Shown in pieces: positions 32,198 through 42,180 of a stretch of 64,000 nt of DNA (the first letter of the stretch is position 1; every line of letters begins with the position of its first letter). Position numbers and translations under genes: made by a program. The notes under the pieces are model-generated. The model saw only the letters and a program-made list of their open reading frames with translations, was not told where the DNA came from and searched no databases. The DNA comes from Myxococcota bacterium (GTDB lineage: Bacteria; Myxococcota_A; SURF-8). Where the stretch lies: positions 512,001-576,000 of the forward strand of contig OZ223209.1 in assembly GCA_965140415.1 (NCBI GenBank), read 5' to 3'.

Positions 32198-33433
32198 TTA
32201 ACTTTGAGTAGTGCCGCAAAAAGCCAGGGTCCAGTCGCCAACGCCGTCTATATCGCAACAAACCGGAGCGAATCCGATTTCCATCCCCAACAGACCGTTG
32301 ATCTTCTGCTCTTTAATCGAGCGCAGCTCGGCGGCTGGAGCATGAAATCCGATCCCGTTGGCGGCATTGCCTACAATCCAGGAGATGTCGACTTTATCCC
32401 CGGATTGCAATCGCAGCATATGCTCGGCATCCCAGTACACCACCGCTTTTCCCTGTGTGGCGATGCGGGTCAGAGCGAAGCCGTGTCGTCCTGTAGCGGA
32501 TGTAGCATCGACGATCTCTCCCCATTCGTTACCGATGGAAAGAGAAAAACTCTGATACGCCACCGGCAGTCCGTTGATTCTGAAATCGGCACTTAAGGCG
32601 CGCAGATCAGCCGGGGAAACGGGCCAACTTGTCGCACCATCGGCTTTGGAAATTGTTGGTGATCCGGTCAAGGCGCTGTACTGATCGCCTTTCAGTTCGT
32701 AGCCAAGCAGCACACGTTTTCCGGCGCTGCTGTCCTCGATCGAAAGATCGCCGACCAGGCCGGAATAGGTCCAGACCGGTTGCGAGCCGGAAACGGAAAG
32801 CCCGCTGATTTGCAGGCAGCAGGAACCCGGCGAATCGCTGCCGGGTTGGCATTGCGTCGCGGCGTAGAGCAGGCCCTCGTCGGTCGGTGTATCGTCGAGC
32901 TGCCAGTTGTCTCCGCCAAACCAATGCCCCGAGATACGGACATCGCGCTGGATGTTGTCGATAAAGGAAATCCAGCGTCCTTGAGCATTGTCGCTGCCAT
33001 CGGGATCGACAAACACCAGCCCACCCAAGGTAAGCGAATTACCGGGAAGGGCTTGTGCGACTCGCACGATATCGCTGCTTCCGGAAGCAATGTTTAGCCC
33101 GCTGTCCGACTGCACCTGACTGAAACAACAACGGGTGAGCTTGTCGAGTTCAGGGCAAAGCTCTGCCGTCATGCCGGATGCCGCAGCTATGCCGCCTCCG
33201 CGTGCAGGCAGCTTCATTTTAACGGAGCAGGAAGACGCACCCGGCAGACCGGCGGTATTTCCCAAATCGGCTCGGATCGTCTCCCGTTTCAGGAATTCTG
33301 TTTTTCCTTGATGGTCGAAGCCATCCTGCTCGGGTCGAATCTCCTGATAGGCGGATGCATCCGAGCGGAACTGGCCGTAAGTTGTTTCCGGCGCTACGAG
33401 CACTTCGTAGCGGTCGGCAATGTATGCACACAT
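32198..33433 (-). CDS. major tail tube protein (non-contractile type)
   Basis: N-terminal VLVAPETTYG, FSLSIGNE, FHAPAAEL; 411 aa; synteny. Confidence 0.7.
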   Translation of the reverse strand: MCAYIADRYEVLVAPETTYGQFRSDASAYQEIRPEQDGFDHQGKTEFLKRETIRADLGNTAGLPGASSCSVKMKLPARGGGIAAASGMTAELCPELDKLTRCCFSQVQSDSGLNIASGSSDIVRVAQALPGNSLTLGGLVFVDPDGSDNAQGRWISFIDNIQRDVRISGHWFGGDNWQLDDTPTDEGLLYAATQCQPGSDSPGSCCLQISGLSVSGSQPVWTYSGLVGDLSIEDSSAGKRVLLGYELKGDQYSALTGSPTISKADGATSWPVSPADLRALSADFRINGLPVAYQSFSLSIGNEWGEIVDATSATGRHGFALTRIATQGKAVVYWDAEHMLRLQSGDKVDISWIVGNAANGIGFHAPAAELRSIKEQKINGLLGMEIGFAPVCCDIDGVGDWTLAFCGTTQS

Positions 33434-33456
33434 CGAATAGTCTCCCTGATTCGTGG

Positions 33457-33909
33457 TTAAGCCGGTTCATCCACCAGCAGGTAAAAGCGATGCTGAAAGC
33501 GCAGGTAAGGTTCTTCCAAGGTGTCGATATCGGAATCCACATGCTGAACCAGTCGCACGAGTGGTGAGGCGTAATGTGCCGTGTCTTCCAATTCTTTGCG
33601 AAACAGATCACATTCCGCCGAGAAATATTGTTCCACCAGGTGTGTATGTGTGGACAACGGATACAACACACGGATCGTCAGTTTCACCTCAAAAGCGCGA
33701 AGTTCCGTCCCTGCTATGGCTGCGGGTTGCTGCTGCTGTATGGATATGGAAAAGCAGCGGAAATCCTGGGTGGAATGTGGCTGCTTCCCATTTTGAGCGG
33801 GTATCCGCTGATATCCACGGTTCCATGGTGAACGGGCGACATGTGAAAACGGAGTCAGGTTTTCAAGTTGCTGTGCCATACCCTGTACCTGATCGCTAAG
33901 CGTGCTCAT
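33457..33909 (-). CDS. tail terminator/completion-like protein
   Basis: 150 aa directly before the tail tube; synteny only. Confidence 0.45.
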   Translation of the reverse strand: MSTLSDQVQGMAQQLENLTPFSHVARSPWNRGYQRIPAQNGKQPHSTQDFRCFSISIQQQQPAAIAGTELRAFEVKLTIRVLYPLSTHTHLVEQYFSAECDLFRKELEDTAHYASPLVRLVQHVDSDIDTLEEPYLRFQHRFYLLVDEPA

Positions 33910-34622
33910 GGCTGCAACCTCACTACCAGCTTGTTTTCGACTCCGTCATCAATGACATCGTTTTGATTGTGATCCATTTCCGAACGTGCCATCAATTCCT
34001 GAAAACCCTGTTCATACTGCTCTCGCCATTGTTGCTGCTTGTGCCAGTGACCGGAATCCTGCCCGGATGCCGACCGCAGATAAATCAAACTCAAGGTCAA
34101 CAGGCGGTGACAACGATCCAGCCCCGCCTTGTTACGTACCAAGCCCGGTGATACACCACGAGCGCGTAAGTGAAGCCGAATGTGTTCTTCCGCTTCGGCG
34201 ATCAATTCCTGAAAATCCGGTGAAAGTTGGTCGTCTTCATAAGACAGCGCCGGGGAAAGAGCCAGTAAATCTGCGCTCGTCAGTTGTGAGCGCCAGGGAT
34301 CGGCAAGCACATCGAAATAAAACACACGCCGGTATTGGCTTTGATCGACCGTAAAGGAAATCTCTGCTCGATAATTGCTGCCAATGGGCCATTGGTCAGT
34401 GTCGCTGGTGTCCAGCTCGATCTCGAACCGCTGCAAATCAGCGTTCCAGTTGGCCGATTGAGCACTTGCAACAAGAGAATTCCCACGTGGATTCCAAATA
34501 TCAAACTGGCCCTGTAACGGTGCTTCGGGATCGCTTTGTAATTCACGATTGTTTACGACAGGCCGGAAAAACAATTGTTCGGACGGAGATCCGCTGCGGA
34601 TTTCATCGGTATAGTAAAGCAT
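33906..34622 (-). CDS. head-tail adaptor with N-terminal Ig-like extension
   Basis: C-terminal helical part LTSADLL...LIAEAEEHIRLHLRARG...; synteny. Confidence 0.5.
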   Translation of the reverse strand: MLYYTDEIRSGSPSEQLFFRPVVNNRELQSDPEAPLQGQFDIWNPRGNSLVASAQSANWNADLQRFEIELDTSDTDQWPIGSNYRAEISFTVDQSQYRRVFYFDVLADPWRSQLTSADLLALSPALSYEDDQLSPDFQELIAEAEEHIRLHLRARGVSPGLVRNKAGLDRCHRLLTLSLIYLRSASGQDSGHWHKQQQWREQYEQGFQELMARSEMDHNQNDVIDDGVENKLVVRLQP

Positions 34623-34645
34623 GGTGCGTCCTTTGTATAAGCAGG

Positions 34646-36100
34646 TTAGGGTAGCGATAGCACGTGGAGTACTGCTTTCCAGTTGATGCTAGTTGCCGCC
34701 GTACCGGTGACAAGTAGCTCGGCAGCCTGCTCGCTAGTATTGACACTAAGCGTTGCGTTCCAGTCTGCGTTGCTTTCCGATGCAAACATTGAGAGCGTAC
34801 TTCCCTGCTGGGTCACATCCGCACCGATTCCACGGTAAAACAAACCCTTTATGCAATAAACGGCGTGGTGGTCATCTCCCTGCTTGACAAGGATGCGGGC
34901 TTCTACGAGCTTGGTTTCTCCCTCGGCAAGGGCAACCGTGGCAAGAGCAGTAGCCGTTGCATCCGTCGTGGTGATCTCATGCGTAGAAATGCTGTCGAAG
35001 CCGTCTAGGCCATCGATTTCGGAATGTAGATGCATTGGAAATGGTACGCTGCAAATCGGAGATTGATCCGCGTCTAGATCGCCTGCGCCATCCCCTATGA
35101 TGTCACTGTAATCACGCTCGACAAGCGTTGTCGTCTGCCCGTGCTTGATTGGCCAGGTGGGAGTACCCAATAGGGCTACGGTTTCAAAACCGCTGCTTGA
35201 TTCGGGATATTCCGGTGCGCCGTAAACCATAGTCGTGGCTACAAGATAAAAATCGTTTGTGCGTGTGCTATCTTGTGTCCAGTTAACGCCGTCGCTGGAG
35301 TATTTGTAAATCGAGGAAAAGTCCGTTGGACTGGGAAGATCGCCACAACATACGCAACCGGGGCCGTCTACAACAATCCAAACCGATGCACCCGCAGCTA
35401 ACGGAATGTTCACGTAGAAGACATGTTCGCTACCCCGATCGTAGTAAAAACTGGCCCAGTCTTTATTAACGGTTGCAACCATGTTTTCAGACGTAGGCTC
35501 ATCGGGATTCGTCCCCGAGCCGCATGAATGCACACTGTAGGTTCCGTTGGCCCAGTTGTAATAATCTGGAGCCGCCCGAATACCGAGTGAAATAATATTT
35601 CGATCCGTATCCGTATTGTTTGTGAGCTTGAAGGCGCGGATCACATTGCACACGGGGGTTAGGTTGCTGAGCGGCGGAAGAGTGGAGTTGTTGATAAGTT
35701 CGGAGCTACCCCCAGAAACTTCCGATCCTTTCTTTACACGAGTAATGCCGCTGACTGGATCGTACTCCAGAATTCCGAGCGCTGCCATGCCCGAATTGAC
35801 GGGAAACGGTGCAGTGCTTTGCCAGGTGGCGGGAAGTTGCTCGTTTGCTATGCCGTTTACCGTGCCCGAGCAAAGATCGAAGCGCAAAGGGCCAAGATTT
35901 TGCAGGATAGGTTGAGCATGTTCCGGGTAAGCGCGTCCACGAATGTTACCATTCTGATCGCGCAAAAGAGGAACAGATGCATCGATCTGCATTGAAGCAA
36001 ACGGAACATGCTGAGCTACCAACGGAAAGCGATGACTGTCCAACGCTTTGCCGTGCGAGAAACCGTCGCATTTCTTTTCAAAACTGTTCAGTTGAGGCAT
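34646..36100 (-). CDS. virion fibre/spike protein (484 aa)
   Basis: Start MPQLNSF at 36100; beta-rich; C-terminal TTTDATAT...VTGTAATSINWKA module seen in phage fibres. Confidence 0.5.
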   Translation of the reverse strand: MPQLNSFEKKCDGFSHGKALDSHRFPLVAQHVPFASMQIDASVPLLRDQNGNIRGRAYPEHAQPILQNLGPLRFDLCSGTVNGIANEQLPATWQSTAPFPVNSGMAALGILEYDPVSGITRVKKGSEVSGGSSELINNSTLPPLSNLTPVCNVIRAFKLTNNTDTDRNIISLGIRAAPDYYNWANGTYSVHSCGSGTNPDEPTSENMVATVNKDWASFYYDRGSEHVFYVNIPLAAGASVWIVVDGPGCVCCGDLPSPTDFSSIYKYSSDGVNWTQDSTRTNDFYLVATTMVYGAPEYPESSSGFETVALLGTPTWPIKHGQTTTLVERDYSDIIGDGAGDLDADQSPICSVPFPMHLHSEIDGLDGFDSISTHEITTTDATATALATVALAEGETKLVEARILVKQGDDHHAVYCIKGLFYRGIGADVTQQGSTLSMFASESNADWNATLSVNTSEQAAELLVTGTAATSINWKAVLHVLSLP

Positions 36101-36107
36101 GGCGCAC

Positions 36108-36665
36108 CTATGCAATCGTATAAATGTTAAGCACAACGCCTTCACCGTTTTGTTCTGCATCGAGATACACACCTGCAAGATCGATTCGGCTACCGGCTGG
36201 ACAAGTAATGGTGTAGGATTCACCCGCTTCCAAAGGTGCAACTGGCAAACTGCTGTAGTGCACGGAGCTATTGCCGACAAATACCTTGCCGAGATTGTTC
36301 GACTTTGCGGTGATATCAACACGCCAGGTATAACTTGAACCGGCGGCTAGTGGTACCGGCGTTCCCGCGCTTGTGACCGTAACGGCTTGTGATGCAATGG
36401 AAAGTGTGGAGGCGTCCGGTGCAAGTTGTACGCTAGGTTGCGCAGCGATGGTTACGGCGGAAGTGTCGCAGAGAGTGACTTTGCCATCCAGCGAATCCAG
36501 CGCGCTACGGATATCCGGGGAATTGGTTTCATACACATGCAAATCGCCGTCTTCATCGACCTGCGCTCGGTGTTCGCCGCTTGCGTCTTTCAATTCGACT
36601 GCACCAAAGGAAACGTCGGCCATCTCCAATGTGATATCGGTATTCGGGTAGGTTTTTTCCGCCAT
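36108..36665 (-). CDS. virion accessory/head decoration protein
   Basis: GGAGGT RBS; C-terminal beta-sandwich-like ITAKSNNLGKVFVG...PLEAGES...VYLDA. Confidence 0.5.
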   Translation of the reverse strand: MAEKTYPNTDITLEMADVSFGAVELKDASGEHRAQVDEDGDLHVYETNSPDIRSALDSLDGKVTLCDTSAVTIAAQPSVQLAPDASTLSIASQAVTVTSAGTPVPLAAGSSYTWRVDITAKSNNLGKVFVGNSSVHYSSLPVAPLEAGESYTITCPAGSRIDLAGVYLDAEQNGEGVVLNIYTIA

Positions 36666-36667
36666 GC

Positions 36668-36946
36668 TTACCTCCAACTCATAGCGACGTTGACAGATGC
36701 GTCGGTCAAATCGCTGGCCACGGCGCGGACTTCATACCAACCGTAGTTTTCCAGGTTCACTTCACCGCTTTCACTCAAGGTTTCGATGTCGATCCAGTCC
36801 GCACCCGCCTGTCGTGCCTGAATGGCACAGCTTGCGCTTCCTGTTATGGCGACTGCAAACAGCATACGCTCATATAGCGCGGCAGGCTGTGCCGCACCTT
36901 CGGTGTCTTGCGTGCATTGCAAGATGGTTTTGGAGTGGTATCCCAT
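36668..36946 (-). CDS. small beta-rich virion accessory protein
   Basis: 92 aa, GGAAAGGA RBS, located in the head module. Confidence 0.5.
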   Translation of the reverse strand: MGYHSKTILQCTQDTEGAAQPAALYERMLFAVAITGSASCAIQARQAGADWIDIETLSESGEVNLENYGWYEVRAVASDLTDASVNVAMSWR

Positions 36947-36975
36947 ATTCGTTCCTTTCCGTTCGTAAAGGTGGG

Positions 36976-37018
36976 GCGGTTAAGACCGGATACCCAAAGG
37001 AGATCCGGTCTTAACCGC
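36976..37018 (-). terminator. 16-bp perfect stem-loop after capsid and cement genes
   Basis: GCGGTTAAGACCGGAT-11 nt-ATCCGGTCTTAACCGC. Confidence 0.65.
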
Positions 37019-37047
37019 TGGGAGTCGATCCCTAAAGGAGAAGACTT

Positions 37048-37404
37048 TTAGCAGGAGAAAGAGAGCAGATAGGTGAAAGAGGGCGTGTCACTCCCTCCGA
37101 TGGTGGCGTCGTAGCGATAGTAGCGGTACTTCTGAGCACCGATGGCCGCCTGAATCTTTCCGCTATCCGTGATCTGCGGCAAAGACAGAATCTCGGTCCA
37201 GCTATCGCCGTCTTCAGAACCTTCAATAGCGATATCCAAAGTCGGCGAGGTGCCGCTTACATCGCTGACGAAGGCTTGCACCATGCAGGTTTCCGGCAAA
37301 CTGCCGAAGTCGTTGCTGTCACCGGTCGTGCTCGAGGTCTGCTCGCCCGCCGCTTTAAGCAGCAGCTCATCGTCGTAGCGGGAGCGCGTTCGTTGCTGGC
37401 TCAT
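37048..37404 (-). CDS. capsid cement/decoration protein (BPP-1 Bbp16-like)
   Basis: 118 aa after the MCP; DELLL...DFG...TLDIAIEGSEDG...KYRYYR jelly-roll-like pattern. Confidence 0.55.
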   Translation of the reverse strand: MSQQRTRSRYDDELLLKAAGEQTSSTTGDSNDFGSLPETCMVQAFVSDVSGTSPTLDIAIEGSEDGDSWTEILSLPQITDSGKIQAAIGAQKYRYYRYDATIGGSDTPSFTYLLSFSC

Positions 37405-37419
37405 TATTGATTCTCCTTG

Positions 37420-38328
37420 TTAGCTGGTTTGGGTGACGCCCTGCAAGCGGGCCGCCGATTTGGGATGCAGAATGACGAACGAGGCCAGCCATTCGATTAC
37501 CGTCAGGTAGCGCAGGTCGCTTTGCAGACCCATGTCGATGACGTCCATCACGTGATCCTGCACGCCGCTGATATATTCCTCCGCTCCGAAGCGCACGGCG
37601 TAAATCGAACCGCAGGTGTCGCCGGAGCCGCAGCTTTCGTCGAAACCGAGGATGTCGTCGCCGCTCTGATCTTCTTCCACGATGCGGATGGGAACGCCGC
37701 CATACATTGTCACCTGGCGACCGAATGCGTCTTCGCCATAGGAAATGCGCCCGTCGGTTCGCAATAGCTTGGTGACTTCGCGCCGCATGGCTTTGCTCAT
37801 CAGCAGCATGTCCGGCATTCCGGCTACGGAATCGATCAGGTCGTCCAGCATGGCTACCGTCAACGCCGCACCGTTATCACCGGCGGTGATCACCTGGTTG
37901 CCGGTCAAGCGGGCGTTCAGTCCATCGAACTGGCGCGGATCGCTGTTGGAGTTTCCGTCAAAGAACATGCGGGTAAAAAACAGCGCCGCCGCTTTGGCTT
38001 TCAGGCGGTCGTGAATGGCGCGCAGTTCGCCCACCGTTTCGCCGCGTTCGCCGACCAGCGCGCGGTCAACCTGGGATTTGCCACCGAAGATCTTGGTGGT
38101 TTCCACGTTCTGCTGCAACACGCCGGTGGATTCGGTGTAATCCTCGTTGATGCCACGAAAGGCGATGCCAGGCAGAATTTCCTCGCGGTTGTATTTGAAT
38201 ACGCCGCCGGGCACGTTGATAAAGGGCATGGCCTCCAGAATGGGCGAGACCATGGGGAAGACTTCGACCACGTTTCGTTTGATGAAGTCGGTTTCCAGTT
38301 TGGCGGCTTCTAAAAGCGTTAACGCCAT
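37420..38328 (-). CDS. major capsid protein (BPP-1 Bbp17-like)
   Basis: MALTLLEAAK...SPILEAMPF...YNREEILPGIAFRGINEDYTESTG...FDGLNARL...SIYAVRFG...AARLQGV. Confidence 0.85.
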   Translation of the reverse strand: MALTLLEAAKLETDFIKRNVVEVFPMVSPILEAMPFINVPGGVFKYNREEILPGIAFRGINEDYTESTGVLQQNVETTKIFGGKSQVDRALVGERGETVGELRAIHDRLKAKAAALFFTRMFFDGNSNSDPRQFDGLNARLTGNQVITAGDNGAALTVAMLDDLIDSVAGMPDMLLMSKAMRREVTKLLRTDGRISYGEDAFGRQVTMYGGVPIRIVEEDQSGDDILGFDESCGSGDTCGSIYAVRFGAEEYISGVQDHVMDVIDMGLQSDLRYLTVIEWLASFVILHPKSAARLQGVTQTS

Positions 38329-38358
38329 GGGTAATTTCTCCTTGTGATGGGCGGTCCG

Positions 38359-38841
38359 TTACTGAGTTTTATAATTACGGGCCGCAAGTTGTTGCGTACT
38401 GGCTCCGGCGGTGTTCCGGCTGGCGGCCACCAGCGGAGCGCAAGGGATAGTCGCTGCCGCACCCTCCGGTGTGACAGTCGGGGAATTGAAGAAATAGGGA
38501 ACTTCGCTTTGAATCCGCTTGAACCATTCGTCAAGCTGTTCGGCATCGTCGGATTCTGGCAGACCTTTTCCGTTGATTGCAGTTATAAACGTGTCGATGT
38601 CTACGCAACCGGCTTGTTGCGCGCGCAATTCCAGTTTGTGTTTCACGTTCAGCGAATCCAGCGACTGCTGTAGCTGTGTGGCCTTCTGCTCGCTTTCTTC
38701 GCGTGCTGCGGCGGCTTTGCGCATGTCGGCTTTCAGACGTTTTACGTACTGCTTGTCTTCATCGGGCAGTCCGTTTTTCTGCATGTCGGCAAGTTGTTGT
38801 TCCAATTCTTCAATTCGTTGTAAGGCTTCAGATAGATCCAT
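38359..38841 (-). CDS. capsid scaffolding protein
   Basis: Coiled coil, YVKRLKAD, ..PYFF near the C-terminus; directly upstream of the MCP; GGAGGAG RBS. Confidence 0.7.
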   Translation of the reverse strand: MDLSEALQRIEELEQQLADMQKNGLPDEDKQYVKRLKADMRKAAAAREESEQKATQLQQSLDSLNVKHKLELRAQQAGCVDIDTFITAINGKGLPESDDAEQLDEWFKRIQSEVPYFFNSPTVTPEGAAATIPCAPLVAASRNTAGASTQQLAARNYKTQ

Positions 38842-38960
38842 GCTTCTCCTCCAAGAAACGGGGACAGAACGCACGCGGGCCTCCGCCCGGCGTACAGGGC
38901 AAAATGTGTTAGGAAATTATTGTTTCGATTGATTGATGGAAAACGGATATCGAACAGATA

Positions 38961-40400
38961 TCAGGGAGTGCTCGCAAGCATGCTGTCTTCACGATGGCGG
39001 CTATACAGTTCACGCGCCTGTTCCTGATCGATGCCAAGACGTTCGGATAGAATTTCCACCGGGGAGCGCAAACCAAGACTAATTTCGCGTTCCAGGTTTT
39101 TCAATTCTTCTTCTTTGGATAGTGGAATCACCTGTTCCGGGAAGGTTACGCTCAGATGCGTGTCTTTCAGATCGGAGGCGCCATCGAAGTCGCCCAGTAG
39201 CGCCAGTTCCCGCAGAATCGGCCACAGGTCTTCCTCTTCGATGGGCAGCAGCCGGTCGATCAGATCCTGGCGGTATTCGATTTCCGGCTGCTTGTCGTGA
39301 AATTTGGCCACGCCGGAAAGCAGTTCCACATCAAAGGTAAAAGCGGATGGTATGATCTCGTTGGACTGAGCAAACAGCTTCAGGAAAAAGAGCAGGTTCT
39401 GATTACGCTCCGCTTCGCGCGCTTGCACCGCCAGGGGTGTCAGCCGCTTGTCGTCATCTCCCAGGCAGATAATCGCTCCCGCACCGGTCGCTGGATTGGC
39501 TGTGCCCAGTTCTTCGGAGCTGCCATTAAAAACGTAAGCCGGAAAATCGGTCTGGCGCGAATTCATCGCGCCGCGTGTCAGTTCATGATCGAGCCAGTGA
39601 GCGGCGTGAAGCAGGCTGTGGGGCACGTCCGGAAAGAGTTCCGCACCGACCGGTTCATCTTTTCTCAATAGCACGAAAGGATAGCGATCCATACCGTTAT
39701 ACGCAGACCATTCCGCTGGCTGCGTCGTTAGCGGCACGAAGTTTTCATCCAGGCGTTCGACGTGCAGTCTGCGTCCGCCTTTCGGCTTGGGTTGCAGGCG
39801 ATAGCGCACGTAACCTACTGCTGTCCCGCCGCTTAAGGGCGAATCGGGTTTGTCGCCAAGCGGAATCATAATGCTATCCGCTTCCTGAAGGTTGGTCGGG
39901 TCCGTGCCGCTCTGCTCCACGATGAGTTGATGCGGAGGCAGTACGCTGATCACCGGGCAGTGTCGCCGGAAGTCGATTTGCACCCACAGCACCGAACAGT
40001 TGAGCAGTTCATATAATCGTAGCGCCCATTTCATGCGTGCATTCAGGCGGCATTGCCGCAGCAGGCGACGGGAAACGGCTTGTGCGGGATGGTCTTCCGG
40101 CAGTGGCGAACGTTCGGCGTCTAGCAGCATGCGTTTCGGTGGAATGCGATACAGCTTGGCCTTGGTATCCACCACCTTTCGCAGCAGGTTTACCGTCAAC
40201 AGATTCTGCGTCATCTGATCCGCGTTATTGGGATACAATCGGCGCAGGCGGCGGCGCAGGTCATCCATGCTGGAGTCGTTGTCTAAATAGCGATCCAGTA
40301 ATTCCTCGCAGTTGCTCGCCCATGCGCTATGGGCTGCGGCGCGGGCGCGTTGCTGATCCTGCGCAAACGTAGAGCGCCAGTCTTTTCCGAACAAGTGCAT
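38961..40400 (-). CDS. portal protein
   Basis: 479 aa after terL; VNLLRKVVDTKAKLY, YPFV, LSGVAK, VTFPEQVIP...LGLRSPVE. Confidence 0.8.
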   Translation of the reverse strand: MHLFGKDWRSTFAQDQQRARAAAHSAWASNCEELLDRYLDNDSSMDDLRRRLRRLYPNNADQMTQNLLTVNLLRKVVDTKAKLYRIPPKRMLLDAERSPLPEDHPAQAVSRRLLRQCRLNARMKWALRLYELLNCSVLWVQIDFRRHCPVISVLPPHQLIVEQSGTDPTNLQEADSIMIPLGDKPDSPLSGGTAVGYVRYRLQPKPKGGRRLHVERLDENFVPLTTQPAEWSAYNGMDRYPFVLLRKDEPVGAELFPDVPHSLLHAAHWLDHELTRGAMNSRQTDFPAYVFNGSSEELGTANPATGAGAIICLGDDDKRLTPLAVQAREAERNQNLLFFLKLFAQSNEIIPSAFTFDVELLSGVAKFHDKQPEIEYRQDLIDRLLPIEEEDLWPILRELALLGDFDGASDLKDTHLSVTFPEQVIPLSKEEELKNLEREISLGLRSPVEILSERLGIDQEQARELYSRHREDSMLASTP

Positions 40401-40409
40401 CGTGCCTCC

Positions 40410-41741
40410 TTAGAGATAGGGAACGAGTTTAAGCCGTTCGCGGCTGAAGGGGTGTTCGTCGGCCACGTAGTAATCCAGCGCGTCGCCGCAGTGATCCAGC
40501 ACGAAACGCGGATCGCCGGGGTCGCGCACTTTTTCCTTTTCGAAACTGCCGGGTATGAAAAGCGACTGTTCCAGGCTGCGTATCAGGTATTTGCAGTGCG
40601 GCGCAATGAATAGACGGCTTTCTCCCAGGGTGTTCTTGAACAGAAAGTTCACGGCGTTGGTTCTGTCGCGGACGGACGGATTCGCCGAGCGCGCCTTCAC
40701 GCGGATTTTAAAATCCGGCAGATGGCCGAGCCGTTCGCGAATGATGGCATAGTCGCTGCCTTTGCCGCGATGATCGCGGGCGTAGCCGGTGGCGTCGCCG
40801 TGAATGCGCAATCCGGCGCGATGATCCCCGTATTTTCGTAGGATTTCATTGCATAGTTCCGCCGTGTCCGATCCGTGGCGCAGCACGATTTCGTCAACTA
40901 CCTCACAGCGGGTGGGACTGGGATTCTGCATGGCCAGCGCCACCATGAAATCGACGTTGAAATCGAAACTGAAATGCAGCGGTAATCCGGCCCGGTAACA
41001 AATGTTGCTATCCAAATGCCGCTCGCGATCGAAATTTCGGTACACGCGACCGCGAGAAATCGTTCCAGTGTGGCCCTCCAAATAGACCTGGGCGTACTCG
41101 TCATCGACAAGCTGCCGGATCGACTCGATATAGTCGGGTTTCTGCTCCAGTAAAAAGTGGTTTTCGCTGGTGGCTGCACGGATATAGCGAAAATTCGGCA
41201 ACACATTATCCGGCTCGATAAAGGTTCGATACAGATGACCGTAATGTTCTTCCGGGTTGCTGGTGATGAACATGCGGTAGCGCCGGGGAAGACGTTTGGA
41301 AATGCGTCGATAGTTACTGTGACGCAGGCGTGCCATCAGCGCGCGAAAGGTCGTCGCCGGTACTTGAGCGCCCTCTTCTACGTGAATCCAGTTGAACTCC
41401 ATGGAGCTAAGCCGTTGTGGTTGTGACAGGTGCCGGAACCAGATCTGCGAACCGTTTTTCAGTACAAGGTTGTCCGGGGAGCGGTTCCAGCGCTTGACCT
41501 GATCTTTTGGAACGAGTTCCCGCCAGCGCTCGCGGGTCGTGTCGTGCAGCAAAGTGTAGGTGGCTGCGCCAACAAGACCGCGACTGCCTGGATACAGGCG
41601 CGAGAGCAGATAACCCAATAGCACTCCGACCGTCGTCTTGCCGCTGCCCACTCCGCCTTGATACAGGGCGACATCGGTGGGAAGTTCGTGCGGCACCTCG
41701 ATCAGTGCCTTTTGAGATGGAAGCAGGCTAAAAGTCGTCAA
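40410..41741 (-). CDS. terminase large subunit
   Basis: Walker A GGVGSGKT, Walker B WIHVEE, TSNP motif, nuclease SFDFN / HGDATG / DHCGDALDY. Confidence 0.93.
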   Translation of the reverse strand: MTTFSLLPSQKALIEVPHELPTDVALYQGGVGSGKTTVGVLLGYLLSRLYPGSRGLVGAATYTLLHDTTRERWRELVPKDQVKRWNRSPDNLVLKNGSQIWFRHLSQPQRLSSMEFNWIHVEEGAQVPATTFRALMARLRHSNYRRISKRLPRRYRMFITSNPEEHYGHLYRTFIEPDNVLPNFRYIRAATSENHFLLEQKPDYIESIRQLVDDEYAQVYLEGHTGTISRGRVYRNFDRERHLDSNICYRAGLPLHFSFDFNVDFMVALAMQNPSPTRCEVVDEIVLRHGSDTAELCNEILRKYGDHRAGLRIHGDATGYARDHRGKGSDYAIIRERLGHLPDFKIRVKARSANPSVRDRTNAVNFLFKNTLGESRLFIAPHCKYLIRSLEQSLFIPGSFEKEKVRDPGDPRFVLDHCGDALDYYVADEHPFSRERLKLVPYL

Positions 41742-42171
41742 GGCTCAATCCTTCGATAGACAGGGTTTCGATGGGCGTCGGTTCTTCCAGATCCATAAGC
41801 TGTGACAGGCCCGCGTGAACGACCTTCAACACCGCAGCCTGTGCGGAAAGCGATTTCATGGTTTCGGTATGCAGGGGGGTATCCGGTGTGGATTCTTGCA
41901 GACCCTCCACCACGCGCCACCAAAGGCTGAGCAAGGTATGGCGCGCTTCTTCCGACTCGGGCAGAGCGAGGTTCGATTCCCGTTTCAAGAAACCGATTCG
42001 CTTGGGCCAATGTTGGCTGTGCTGTAAAAGCATCTGTTCATCCAGGCCGTAATAGCGGGCGAAGTCGCGCTTTCTCTGGAAGTGAGAGTTGTTCCAAAGA
42101 ACTCGCAATTGTGTTTCGGTCAGTTGTTGGTTGCCTATGAGAAAGGTCTTTTGATCGGTTGCGTCGTTCAT
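41728..42171 (-). CDS. putative terminase small subunit (HTH-like N-terminus)
   Basis: 147 aa overlapping the terL start; KRDFARYYGL HTH-like; GAGGTG RBS. Confidence 0.55.
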   Translation of the reverse strand: MNDATDQKTFLIGNQQLTETQLRVLWNNSHFQRKRDFARYYGLDEQMLLQHSQHWPKRIGFLKRESNLALPESEEARHTLLSLWWRVVEGLQESTPDTPLHTETMKSLSAQAAVLKVVHAGLSQLMDLEEPTPIETLSIEGLSLDDF

Positions 42172-42180
42172 GAGCACCTC

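Larger units (their letters stand above)
23368..42171 (-). mobile_element. phage-derived virion morphogenesis cluster (candidate gene transfer agent or cryptic prophage)
   Basis: About 22 co-oriented, tightly packed genes in the order terS-terL-portal-scaffold-capsid-tail; no integrase, replication or repressor genes seen. Confidence 0.88.

Noticed and set aside
23368-33433. Tailocin or contractile injection system
   Set aside because: No sheath or baseplate wedge genes, and a full head and DNA-packaging module is present.
23613-38328. Diversity-generating retroelement, given the BPP-1-like capsid
   Set aside because: No reverse transcriptase, and no template/variable repeat pair seen.
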